A DNA stretch of 64,000 nucleotides, taken from assembly GCA_946403625.1 (NCBI GenBank), contig CAMJAP010000001.1, forward strand, positions 1,910-65,909. Direction: 5' to 3'. The number at the start of each line of letters is the position of its first letter. Position 1 is the stretch's first letter. Of this stretch, positions 27,213 to 36,363 are shown piece by piece. A model generated the notes under the pieces. It ran no database searches. It saw only the letters and a list, made by a program, of their open reading frames with translations, and was not told the origin of the DNA. This DNA is from an uncultured Lachnospiraceae bacterium (lineage in GTDB: Bacteria > Bacillota > Clostridia > Lachnospirales > Lachnospiraceae). The translations under genes and the position numbers were made by a program.

Positions 27213-27803
27213 TTAGGCAAAGATCCGTGCCAGATCGATCGTCAGTCCCGGATAGCTTTGTATCGACAGCGTTGCCGCATTTGCATAGGCAAATACTTCC
27301 GGAGCAAATCCGTTTTCTGCCAGATACCGCACCACAACTTTTCTCTGCAGATCCACGACCCAATACTCCTGCACACCGATCTCACTATAGGTCAGCATCT
27401 TTTTCCCGTAATCATTTCTTCGGGTAGACTCGTAGGTAACCTCCGCCACAAACACCGGCGCTGTATGAATTCCGTCATCCTTTATTCCGTTCTCTCCGCA
27501 TACCGCCATAACATCCGGCAGATACAGGTTGCCTTTGTCACTGCTCAATTCCTTGCTCAGTTCATTGCAATACAACGCAACGTTTTCGGTGAACACTTTG
27601 CACTTCCCGCCATTTGACGCAATAAACTGCCGCATCGCCATCGCAATCTCCAAAACCGCATTATTGTGCATAACGCTGGTTTGATCCGTGATCACAAGCA
27701 CATCATCGATCAATTCCGCGTGATTCTCCATAGCGGCGACTTCTTTAACGGTATGTTTCTGCTGGTCTTTCTTTCCCGAATTCTCTGAATTATCCATGAT
27801 CAT
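27213..27803 (-). CDS. Uma2 (DUF820) family restriction-endonuclease-like protein
   Basis: LPDVMAV...PVFVAEVTYESTRRNDYGKKMLTYSEIGVQEYWVVD matches the Uma2 PD-(D/E)xK core pattern. Confidence 0.75.
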   Translation of the reverse strand: MIMDNSENSGKKDQQKHTVKEVAAMENHAELIDDVLVITDQTSVMHNNAVLEIAMAMRQFIASNGGKCKVFTENVALYCNELSKELSSDKGNLYLPDVMAVCGENGIKDDGIHTAPVFVAEVTYESTRRNDYGKKMLTYSEIGVQEYWVVDLQRKVVVRYLAENGFAPEVFAYANAATLSIQSYPGLTIDLARIFA

Positions 27804-27884
27804 TTCCCCCGGGGGCGACGCTTTTTATGACTGCATTTTACTTCTTTCCCGTCAAAAAAGCAACCGACCGGCCACTGTTAAAGG

Positions 27885-29270
27885 CTATATATACCGCAAT
27901 TTCACTTTCCCGATCTCAATCTCGTCATCCTTCTCCAGCATTACCGTTTCTTCCGCTTCCAATTGCACCCCGTTTATGTAGGTACCGTTCGTACTATGAC
28001 AATCCTGCAGATAGGCCTTTCCGTTCTTTTGCAGGATGCGTGCATGGATACGGCTCACCGAGCGGTCGGTCAATGCCAGATCCACGCAGTCTTTCATCTT
28101 GCCGATGGTGAAGGGGAAGTGGTCGATACGATACTCTTTCTTTTTCGCCACCTCCAGAAGAATGTTTCCTGCCGGCACATCCAGATCGCCGGTAAACACG
28201 GTCCTGCCGTATTCTTCCTCTGCCGCATCCCTTGGATCCAAATAATCTTCCGCTTCACTATCCTGCCCGGCAAAACGGCCCGAAACCTCTTCCTTCTTGA
28301 CCGGGTCCAGATCTGCAAAAATATCCTCCAGATCCGGTGCTTCTTTTTCCACGGTTGCAGGTGATGCCTGTCCTGCCCGCTTCCCCCGGATCTGCTGCAA
28401 CACAAATACGGCAACACCGGCTGCCATCATCGCCACCGCTGCCAGTTTTCCCGCTTTGTCCGGATACACACCCGGGATGTTACCGCTGCAGAATAACGCC
28501 CCGGCCAAAACCAGGACCACCGCAAGGATCAACGGCGCATGCCCGGTCTTATCCGGCTCCTCCCCGGATCGTTCCGTCGTTTTTCCCGGCTCTTTGGGCT
28601 TCTTTCTGCTCCGCGGTTCTTTCTCCGCCTCATAAAGCGGATCCGTAAAATCCTCTGTTGCTTCTTCCGTTACCTGCGGGATCCGTTCGGTCCTGCCGTC
28701 CATAGTTCCTGCATTCTCTTCCAAGATCCTGCGCAGATCCGCCATAACATAGTTGCCCTTCCGAACCGTCTGATAGATCCGGTAGGCAAACAACGCAGCC
28801 TGCGGATCGCGATGATCGGCATGTTCCATCAGAAATTCCGCCAGCTGCAACATGGGATCCTCTTCTTTTTCCGTCCCTTCCTCCGTAGCCGGACAAAACA
28901 ATAACCGTACCGCTCCGCTCTCCATCTCCGTAAAAATATATTGCGGATCCAAAACCACACCGTTTTCGTCCAGCAGATAATCCCGCAGTCCGCCCAAAAT
29001 ATCCAATATCCCGACCAGGACTTTGCGGATCTCCTCCCCCCTCAGTTCCTTTCGTTCATAGATCCTGCCCAACGGCTGCAGAGAACTCACATCATAGTAA
29101 AGCTCTTTTTTCCCTTCCCGCAGCTTTACCTCCATCGGAAGCAGACCGGGAATACGATTTTCCAAAACCATCTGCAACTGATAATCTTCCCGTTCCTCCG
29201 TTTTTCCCGATAGAACCAGATAGTGATGTTCCATACTTTTCCGATAACTGACCTGTAATGTCTTTTTCAT
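27885..29270 (-). CDS. FHA-domain membrane protein (DUF6382-like N-domain, two TMs, C-terminal FHA)
   Basis: C-terminus FTIGKMKDCVDLALTDRSVSRIHARILQKNGKAYLQDCHSTNGTYINGVQL is a canonical FHA. TMs are LILAVVLVLAGALF and AAVAMMAAGVAVFVL. Its ATG overlaps the upstream stop (ATGA), with a GGAGGAG RBS. Confidence 0.8.
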   Translation of the reverse strand: MKKTLQVSYRKSMEHHYLVLSGKTEEREDYQLQMVLENRIPGLLPMEVKLREGKKELYYDVSSLQPLGRIYERKELRGEEIRKVLVGILDILGGLRDYLLDENGVVLDPQYIFTEMESGAVRLLFCPATEEGTEKEEDPMLQLAEFLMEHADHRDPQAALFAYRIYQTVRKGNYVMADLRRILEENAGTMDGRTERIPQVTEEATEDFTDPLYEAEKEPRSRKKPKEPGKTTERSGEEPDKTGHAPLILAVVLVLAGALFCSGNIPGVYPDKAGKLAAVAMMAAGVAVFVLQQIRGKRAGQASPATVEKEAPDLEDIFADLDPVKKEEVSGRFAGQDSEAEDYLDPRDAAEEEYGRTVFTGDLDVPAGNILLEVAKKKEYRIDHFPFTIGKMKDCVDLALTDRSVSRIHARILQKNGKAYLQDCHSTNGTYINGVQLEAEETVMLEKDDEIEIGKVKLRYI

Positions 29271-29731
29271 TTCGTCTCCTCCGTTTCTTTCGTTTCTCCT
29301 TTTTCCGTCATCCGGTCCACCCGCTGTATGGTCCGTACGATCTGGGATGCCCGCATACGATCCGCACTGTGCTGCGCAGATACACTCCAGTCCCCGGCAA
29401 ACCCGACCAGCGGCGGTGCATCCAGGCTGCCGTCTACACTCGCGCTGATATTACCGTACGACACCTTCACTTTCATTTCCATTTGCGACAGTTCCAGCAA
29501 TACCAGTTTATGTTCCAACAATTCCGCGATCTTATCCTGCACATAAGCACTGATCTCTTCATTGCTTTCCTCCGCCATACGACTGCCCCGGATCACCGCC
29601 ACGGACACTGCATAATTCACCGCCGCGCGGTCATACAAAAGCATCCCGGTCCACAGAAGCAGAAAGGAGATCATCAGCGCCAGCGGAATGATCACTACCG
29701 CTTCGATCGTCATCATGCCCCGATTATTCAT
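29267..29731 (-). CDS. TadE-like pseudopilin
   Basis: MNNRG|MMTIEAVVIIPLALMISFLLLW is a TadE/Flp-type leader. I chose the ATG at 29731 because it overlaps the upstream peptidase stop (ATGA). The track ORF runs to 29890. Confidence 0.7.
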   Translation of the reverse strand: MNNRGMMTIEAVVIIPLALMISFLLLWTGMLLYDRAAVNYAVSVAVIRGSRMAEESNEEISAYVQDKIAELLEHKLVLLELSQMEMKVKVSYGNISASVDGSLDAPPLVGFAGDWSVSAQHSADRMRASQIVRTIQRVDRMTEKGETKETEETK

Positions 29732-30171
29732 ACTGCCAAAACCCTCAGCAGAAACACCGCATACCCTGCTGTCAAAAACGGTACAAAGGGCAAGCGACTT
29801 TTGGTATTTGCTTTGTGCAATGCGATCGCACCGATGGCAACAACCGCTGTAAACAGTATGGAGATCATGAGCAGTTCCGCACACTCCCATCCTCCGTATA
29901 AGAGTCCCATGACCGCCACCATAATGCCATCTGCCACACCGATACAGCCGCTCAATTTTCCAAGCAGCAAAATACTTCCGCCCAACAATACACCAATGGC
30001 TTTTTGCTGCCAGTCACCATCCCCTGCCATAGCAACCACTGCCAGACTGCCCCCGGCAAACACTGTCATAAACCACGCCGGCAGCCGTTTCGTTTTGATA
30101 TCCATTACGCTGCCGCAAAGCAATGCGATCGCTGTCCAAATCTCTCTGCTCTGTATCACCAAATCCTTCAT
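29728..30171 (-). CDS. A24-family prepilin peptidase, short CpaA/TadV type (second copy)
   Basis: Polytopic membrane protein. The first Asp context is VMDIKTKRLP and the second is GVADGIMV. I chose the ATG at 30171, which follows GGAACGGAG. Confidence 0.75.
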   Translation of the reverse strand: MKDLVIQSREIWTAIALLCGSVMDIKTKRLPAWFMTVFAGGSLAVVAMAGDGDWQQKAIGVLLGGSILLLGKLSGCIGVADGIMVAVMGLLYGGWECAELLMISILFTAVVAIGAIALHKANTKSRLPFVPFLTAGYAVFLLRVLAV

Positions 30172-30185
30172 ACTCCGTTCCTTTC

Positions 30186-31058
30186 TTATAAGTTCCCGCC
30201 GCATCGTGAACATGCTCTCTTTTCTCCGACCTGTGAGATCGGTATCTCATAGATCGTTCGTTTCAATCCGCTGCACCCAAGCGATGTGTGATAGCAATCT
30301 CCTTCTTTCGTAATGTAATAGGTCTCCTGCGTGGAAAAACGCCTCCCGCAGATCTCACACGCCTGATAGATCTCCCCCGCCGCATTCCTGCAGTTCTCCA
30401 CCGTCCCCGCATCAATCGCCGTGATCGACAGATCCAGATGCGTACAGCTGCGACTCAGATGATATACCGTCCCCTTCTCGGTCACATAAACGATCCGCTC
30501 TGCTTCCGTTTCTTTTGCACCCTGTATCGGATATCCCGTCCATGCGTGGGTTCTTGCCCGATGGAGCAGCAGCTGTTTGGGAATGCCGAATACATTACAT
30601 CGCGGTTGCATCTGTGATGTTGCGATCAGATCCACCATATCGTCTTTTTGCAACACGCTCGACCGCCACAGATTCAGATCTCCGGATACACCCATCTGTT
30701 TTCGATATTCCGCCGGGATCCGTTCCCGTAATGTCTCCGATGCATACAGATCCGCCAGTACCGTTGCCGCTACTCCTTCCACCTGTTCCGATGCCGCACT
30801 TCCTCCGTTTGCCGCATCCTGTTCTCCCCGGTCTTTTTCTGCCTGTACCGCACCTGCATTTTCCAACAGACATTCCGCCGATGCATACAGCGCGATCTGC
30901 TTACTGATCCGGCTCAATTCATGATCGAGCGTCATGGAATACTGCAACATTTCCATAACAGAAAGAAGTGCGAGAAAGAAAAACAGATACAACGGTAATA
31001 CGATCGCCGCTTCCAGCGTCAGCGATGCCGGGTACTGTTTTTTCAGGCGGCTATGCAT
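30186..31058 (-). CDS. TadE-like N-terminus fused to two YH-x4-C...CxxC modules
   Basis: N-terminus ASLTLEAAIVLPLYLFFFLALL. The C-terminus has YVTEKGTVYHLSRSCTHL...ACEICG and YYITKEGDCYHTSLGCSGL...CSRCGG. Confidence 0.55.
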   Translation of the reverse strand: MHSRLKKQYPASLTLEAAIVLPLYLFFFLALLSVMEMLQYSMTLDHELSRISKQIALYASAECLLENAGAVQAEKDRGEQDAANGGSAASEQVEGVAATVLADLYASETLRERIPAEYRKQMGVSGDLNLWRSSVLQKDDMVDLIATSQMQPRCNVFGIPKQLLLHRARTHAWTGYPIQGAKETEAERIVYVTEKGTVYHLSRSCTHLDLSITAIDAGTVENCRNAAGEIYQACEICGRRFSTQETYYITKEGDCYHTSLGCSGLKRTIYEIPISQVGEKRACSRCGGNL

Positions 31059-32553
31059 ACCGAAATCTCCTTTCCATCAGGAAGGTATATCCGTAGCGAC
31101 TGCGAAAGATCAGTTGTACCGTTGCTCCCGCTACACAGTCATCCAGACGAAAATGCTCATACCCCTGCACTTTCCGGATATCCGTTTCCACAACATTCAT
31201 ACATCGGTTCAACCGATCCTGTTCCGGCGTGAGATACAATAACAGGCGCAGATGATCTTTATAACTCAGTCCCCTTCCCTTTGCTCCGCCTGTATTTTCT
31301 TCTTCCCCTGTATCGGAACGTGTCACCGTATCGATCGCAACGGAAAGCGCATTGCCGAGACTCAGATTCCAGTCACTGTGTTCTTTGATCAGCGGTACCT
31401 TTCCTCCGTCCAAAAGCAAGCGAACATCTGCCAGGCTTTCCGCATAGATCCACGCCGATGCGATCAGTGTTTCAAATAACGGTTCGCATTGCGGCATAAA
31501 ACAGACAAACGACAATCCCGCCGCCAGCGCCTTGGCCTCCCCTTGCAGAGCCGCATCGCGAAAATAATGCACCGTGTTCGCACCGCCGCGAAACAAAAGC
31601 AGACGATGTGCAACGGCCTTCAGATTGTCCGTATCATTATCTTTTCCCATCGCGATGTATTCGATCTCATACTGCAGATGACTGTTTGCTTTTACTTCCG
31701 TGTAACAGCCACACTTTTCCATAATAAATTCGTTGAACAAAAGCTGCTCTGCGACAGAGTTTCGCTCTTCCCAGTCTTCACAATAACCGTCGCCTTTCAC
31801 CAGACTTCTTTGATCCACCCCCGTTTGTGCCGCAAATGTATTTTGCGAAACTGCTTTTTTACAAACCAGAGAAAGGATGCCCTGCGAACGCACTGCATTC
31901 ACATTCCCTGCGGGATCATCTTTTCCCGGCGTCGTCCAGTCCTGCTCGATCTCATTTCCGTATTCATCATAAACCGGATCCGGCCCCGGCACTTCGATCG
32001 CATTTACCGATCCCTGTGCCGATGCACAATCCGCTTCGATATCACTCTCATACAAATGCAGCGCCGTCGAGGTTTCGATCATATCCTGTACATCCGCAAC
32101 ATACGCGATACCGTATTTTTCCAACATCGCAGATATCACCAGATAGCGAAACACCCTGCCTCCTTCGTCCGTTGCTCTGGAAACACGAACGATCTCGGCC
32201 GACTCCAATTGCAATCCCAGCAAATCCCGATCGGTATAGATGTATTGCTCTTTGTCCGGCTGCAGATTATAGGAAAGATATTCCTCCAGGTGATTCAGCA
32301 GATGATCCAGCGAACCGCTGCCCTGATCATACGCCGTATCGATCAGCAACAGATCATACTGTTTCAAAAGTTCACGGTTATATTCCGAAAGCAGCGAATC
32401 CGCCATCAGATCTGCCGCGCATTCCAAGCGCAGTTTGATCGCACTGATCCTTGCACCTTCGATCATCGTCAGGATGAGAGGTATCATCACCGCCATCATT
32501 AAGGTAAGATACAAACTGACCGCTGCGTTTTCTTTTTGATTTTTTCGTTTCAT
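31051..32553 (-). CDS. DUF5702/TadG-like large pilus-associated protein
   Basis: MKRKNQKENAAVSLYLTLMMAVMIPLILTMIEGA is an N-terminal anchor. It is ~500 aa and sits directly after the Flp pilin gene. The family name is from recollection. Confidence 0.5.
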   Translation of the reverse strand: MKRKNQKENAAVSLYLTLMMAVMIPLILTMIEGARISAIKLRLECAADLMADSLLSEYNRELLKQYDLLLIDTAYDQGSGSLDHLLNHLEEYLSYNLQPDKEQYIYTDRDLLGLQLESAEIVRVSRATDEGGRVFRYLVISAMLEKYGIAYVADVQDMIETSTALHLYESDIEADCASAQGSVNAIEVPGPDPVYDEYGNEIEQDWTTPGKDDPAGNVNAVRSQGILSLVCKKAVSQNTFAAQTGVDQRSLVKGDGYCEDWEERNSVAEQLLFNEFIMEKCGCYTEVKANSHLQYEIEYIAMGKDNDTDNLKAVAHRLLLFRGGANTVHYFRDAALQGEAKALAAGLSFVCFMPQCEPLFETLIASAWIYAESLADVRLLLDGGKVPLIKEHSDWNLSLGNALSVAIDTVTRSDTGEEENTGGAKGRGLSYKDHLRLLLYLTPEQDRLNRCMNVVETDIRKVQGYEHFRLDDCVAGATVQLIFRSRYGYTFLMERRFRYA

Positions 32554-32630
32554 TTTTTGCCTTCTTTTTTCACTCGCAAACAGACGACTGCCGGTGCATC
32601 CATACAACCGGCAGCCACGCATTCCATTTT

Positions 32631-32804
32631 TTATTTTGCGACTTCTGCTGATTTTGTGACGATACTGTCAAAGAGTTCGTTGACGATCTGCGTGATCTGT
32701 TTTTTAAAGATCAACACCAGTCCTACCAGAACCACGATGATCAGGATCACTTCCACAGTACCCATACCTTCTTCATCCCAAAAGTATTCTTTCAACTGTT
32801 CCAT
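32631..32804 (-). CDS. flp: Flp-family type IVb pilin (57 aa)
   Basis: Hand translation gives MEQLKEYFWDEEGMGTVEVILIIVVLVGLVLIFKKQITQIVNELFDSIVTKSAEVAK*. A strong RBS (GAAAGGAGGTAAACCG) precedes the ATG at 32804. It is below the track cutoff. Confidence 0.7.
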   Translation of the reverse strand: MEQLKEYFWDEEGMGTVEVILIIVVLVGLVLIFKKQITQIVNELFDSIVTKSAEVAK

Positions 32805-32889
32805 CGGTTTACCTCCTTTCTGTTTTTTGATTTATGAAAATTCGTTCCGGCTGTGTGCATATCCGCAATCCCACAGTAAGCCTACATGC

Positions 32890-34395
32890 CTAGATGGACA
32901 TGAATGCCGGAACGATGATCACCACCATAACGATCGCGAGCATCAATATCATGGGAACCAGCAGTTTGGTTCCCGCTTCTTCTCCCAGAGTCTTGGCCCG
33001 ACTGCGCCGCTCTTCCAATGCTTCCTCCGTTTCTTTTCGTAACGATTCCAAAAATCCTTTTGCCCCCAGTTTGACATTCTGTTCCAGTAAAGAAACAAGT
33101 TTTACATATTTCTGCAACCGGGCTCGTTTTGCAAAATGCCGGTACGCCTGCAATTCACTGACGCCGCTTTCCATCTCACGCATCGTAAGTACCATTTCTT
33201 CGTAGACAAATCGTTTGCCGCTCTTCTCTGTGTTTTGTTTGTTTAAATATTCCGCAGTCAGTTTTTTCCATGCCAGCCGCACCGTCATTCCGGCACCCAC
33301 ATACAATGCCAGTTTGCTGATCACTTCCGGATAATCTTCCGTCATCTGCGCATCCCGTTCTTTTACCTGCCGTTCCAGATCGTGATCTTTTCCCCACCAC
33401 ACGGCAACTGTTGCAACCAACACCAGCACAAGCAACAGCAAAAATGAATTTTTCTTTTCTTCTCTCCACAATATCGTGATCCCATCTGCTTCCTCCGGCA
33501 GGCGCAGTATGTCCGAGGTACGACTGTTCTCATCCGATGCCCGCAGTGCTTCCAAAATACTCTCCCGTATTTTTTCACTGCCGTTTTTTTCTTTGGGCCA
33601 TACCATCACCGAAAAACAATGATGTGCTTCAAAACGATCGCAACCGATCCGTGCATCCAAAGTAAGCAGCGCACCTTCCTCCGGTATTTCTTCTTTCAAT
33701 TGTCCCTGCGGCCGGATCAGAGAATGATCGCTGTATTCCCAGCTGACGCTAAACGGATAGGCTTCCAGTGCATCCACCAGATTCAGATCGCTGCATACAC
33801 GATCCGCACTTTCATTTTTGGCAAGCACTGCTTTTTCCAAAGCACTTTCAAATTCCGGCAGCATCTCCTGCAATTCTTCTTCCGTATAACTGCGCTGCAG
33901 CACTTCGATATCAATGGTTTCTTCCTGCACCACACCTTCCGCATCTTTGTCCCTCTCCTGCACAACCGCCGTCAGTTCCACTTCGTAATTTCCTTTACCG
34001 AATTCTCTTCGCCCCAGCGTATTTCCGTTTTCCAGAAGCGTATCCTGCGATTCACTGTAGGAAACCAGCAAACAGAAAAGCAATCCGACCGTAAGCAGTA
34101 ATAAAGCAATCCCGGTCTTTTGTACAAACTGAAGATACAGCACCGTAGGAACATCCCCCGCAGGATCCAGCAACCGCAGGTTCTCTTCGTTTTTCCGAAA
34201 CAGCAATTGTTTCAGTTTTGTTCGAAGGGATCCCCCTTCCCCGGGATCCGATAATTTCCGGTGTAAAAATACCGCCATCTGAAAAAACGGTTTGGTTACC
34301 GCAGATGCTTTACACGTATCCGGTACGGTCTCACTTCTTGCAAACATCCACAAAACAAAAACCAAAAACAAAATACCTGCCGCAATCCATTCCAT
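32890..34395 (-). CDS. TadC-like T2SSF platform protein with ~200-aa inserted domain
   Basis: The C-terminal ~165 aa are T2SSF-like (YPEVISKLALYVGAGMTVRLAWKKL ... LLVPMILMLAIVMVVIIVPAFMSI). The N-terminal 330 aa are extra and include TM helices at about aa 3-17, 95-113 and 318-334. Confidence 0.75.
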   Translation of the reverse strand: MEWIAAGILFLVFVLWMFARSETVPDTCKASAVTKPFFQMAVFLHRKLSDPGEGGSLRTKLKQLLFRKNEENLRLLDPAGDVPTVLYLQFVQKTGIALLLLTVGLLFCLLVSYSESQDTLLENGNTLGRREFGKGNYEVELTAVVQERDKDAEGVVQEETIDIEVLQRSYTEEELQEMLPEFESALEKAVLAKNESADRVCSDLNLVDALEAYPFSVSWEYSDHSLIRPQGQLKEEIPEEGALLTLDARIGCDRFEAHHCFSVMVWPKEKNGSEKIRESILEALRASDENSRTSDILRLPEEADGITILWREEKKNSFLLLLVLVLVATVAVWWGKDHDLERQVKERDAQMTEDYPEVISKLALYVGAGMTVRLAWKKLTAEYLNKQNTEKSGKRFVYEEMVLTMREMESGVSELQAYRHFAKRARLQKYVKLVSLLEQNVKLGAKGFLESLRKETEEALEERRSRAKTLGEEAGTKLLVPMILMLAIVMVVIIVPAFMSI

Positions 34396-34418
34396 AAAAT
34401 TCTTTCCTCAAAAAAACA

Positions 34419-35222
34419 TCAGTATGCAATATCCAATATCTTCTCTGCCATCAGATACGCCGCCACATAAACCGCCATCATCACACTCATCAATGCGACA
34501 CCGACCACATTGTGATACAGCGCTGCAAAGAAGCCCGGCGTGGTCGCATCGATATAGAGTATGATCCCAAACGGCACCAGATCCATGATGGTCTGTTCCA
34601 TCTTTTTTGCGCTGATCTGCGTAGCGATCTCCCTTCGTATCTCGATCTTGTCGCTGATCAGATCCGCCGTGTTCTTCAGGATTCCCGGCAGGTCCCCGCC
34701 GCTTCTTTTGGCGATGCGAAACACTTCCGCAAAATCCCGGATATCCTGGATATGCGAGCGTACAGCCAGGTCATTTAACACATCCTCCAGATTGTGATTG
34801 TTCCGCAGTTCCCGGTTGATGTGCAGCAGTTCTGCGCAGATCATCGCATCCCTTCCGTACAAAAGACGCATATCCTCATACGCATGCACAAATGCATTTT
34901 CGATCGAATACCCTGCCTGCAATCCGGCGATCACGGCATGCATCATCTCGCGAAACTGCAGTGTTAATTCTTCTTTTCTTTTCCGCACATAGGATTTTCG
35001 TCGAAACTTCAGAAACGGCAGAAGCGCCGGCAGCAACAGAACAAACACGATCACCGAACGATAGAATACATAAGCAAACAATGCCAGGATTCCTATGCCC
35101 TGCCCCAGACAAAACATTGTCTCCGCAGGGTTTAATCGATATTCGTCATAATCCGGCGGCTCTGAGTTTTTCACAATGCGCAAGCGGATTACACTTTGCA
35201 AGTGTTCCGATAATCTTCCCAT
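34419..35222 (-). CDS. TadB-like T2SSF platform protein (start uncertain)
   Basis: T2SSF-like core (REMMHAVIAGLQAGYSIENAF ... DLVPFGIILYID). The ORF runs to 35279 and overlaps cpaF. Candidate starts are ATG 35222, GTG ~35169 or ATG 35117. Confidence 0.75.
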   Translation of the reverse strand: MGRLSEHLQSVIRLRIVKNSEPPDYDEYRLNPAETMFCLGQGIGILALFAYVFYRSVIVFVLLLPALLPFLKFRRKSYVRKRKEELTLQFREMMHAVIAGLQAGYSIENAFVHAYEDMRLLYGRDAMICAELLHINRELRNNHNLEDVLNDLAVRSHIQDIRDFAEVFRIAKRSGGDLPGILKNTADLISDKIEIRREIATQISAKKMEQTIMDLVPFGIILYIDATTPGFFAALYHNVVGVALMSVMMAVYVAAYLMAEKILDIAY

Positions 35223-36363
35223 ACTCATCTTCTCCTTCTTCGCGAAATTCGTACAATACCGAAGTTGCAATCTTATCATTCACATAATCCAACACTTCCA
35301 CGACCTGCAATACCTTTCGGCTCTTGTCCCGCAGTCTTCCCAGATGTACGATCACATCGATCCCGCTTGCCAGCTGGCCGCGGATTGCGGATAGCGGCAG
35401 ATCCATTCCCATCAGGATCATCGTTTCCAGGCGGCTCAACATATCCGCCGCACTGTTTGCGTGACCGGTGGACAACGATCCGTCATGGCCTGTATTCATA
35501 GCCTGTATCATATCCAGTGCTTCACTGCCGCGTACCTCACCGACCACGATACGATCCGGTCGCATACGCAGGCTGGACTTGATCAGGTCGCGCATCGTGA
35601 TCTCTTTGCAACCTTCCACATTTGCATTTCTGGTTTCCAGGCGCACCAGATTGGAAACGCCCTGTATCTGCAACTCGGCGCTGTCTTCGATGGTAATGAT
35701 CCTTTCATCTTTTGGGATAAAATCGGAAAGTGCATTGAGAAATGTGGTCTTACCGCTGCCGGTTCCGCCACTGATAAAGATATTGTAGCCTGCGATCACC
35801 AGGCTGTGCAAAAAATCGATCACTTCCTGCGTTACGGCTCCGAATCGTTTGAGATCTTCCATACGGATCGGTTGTTCCGGAAAACGCCGTATCGTTACGA
35901 TCGGACCGTTTAACGCCACCGGTGCAAGTACCACATTCACACGGGATCCGTTTTCCAGTCTTGCATCCACGATGGGGGATGCTTCGTTTACCGTACGATT
36001 GCATTTGGCTACGATCTGCTGGATCACATCTTCCAGTTTTTCCGTAGAAGAAAACTGTTTTTCCCATTGATACAGTCTGCCGTTTCGTTCGATAAAGATA
36101 TGATCTTTTCCGTTGATCATGATCTCCGTCACCTTCGGATCATCCGTCAATTCCTGCAGGATATCCAGACGCCGTATCGCATAAAACAGTTCTTTGGACA
36201 GTTCCTGTTTTTCTTTTAATGACAATCCCAGTTCCCGGCTGTTCTGCAGGATCGCATCATCCACGATCTCCCGCACTTCTTCATCTTCCAACTCGCGGGA
36301 ATAACTGATCCGGTCCATGATCTTTTCCTTCAGCGTTTCACGGATCTCTGTCATACTTCTCAT
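35146..36363 (-). CDS. cpaF: CpaF/TadA-family pilus assembly ATPase
   Basis: Walker A is GGTGSGKTTFLNAL. Also present are the Asp box ITIEDSAEL, Walker B RIVVGEVRG and the His box GHDGSLSTGHANS. Confidence 0.92.
   Translation of the reverse strand: MRSMTEIRETLKEKIMDRISYSRELEDEEVREIVDDAILQNSRELGLSLKEKQELSKELFYAIRRLDILQELTDDPKVTEIMINGKDHIFIERNGRLYQWEKQFSSTEKLEDVIQQIVAKCNRTVNEASPIVDARLENGSRVNVVLAPVALNGPIVTIRRFPEQPIRMEDLKRFGAVTQEVIDFLHSLVIAGYNIFISGGTGSGKTTFLNALSDFIPKDERIITIEDSAELQIQGVSNLVRLETRNANVEGCKEITMRDLIKSSLRMRPDRIVVGEVRGSEALDMIQAMNTGHDGSLSTGHANSAADMLSRLETMILMGMDLPLSAIRGQLASGIDVIVHLGRLRDKSRKVLQVVEVLDYVNDKIATSVLYEFREEGEDEYGKIIGTLAKCNPLAHCEKLRAAGL

Noticed and set aside
26154-27617. 487-aa plus-strand ORF, the longest unexplained ORF in the track
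   Set aside because: It lies entirely antisense to two well-supported minus-strand genes (the HD-domain protein and the Uma2 nuclease) and spans their intergenic gap. It has no RBS and no recognisable motif. Its His/Arg/Ile/Leu/Gln-rich composition is typical of shadow frames.
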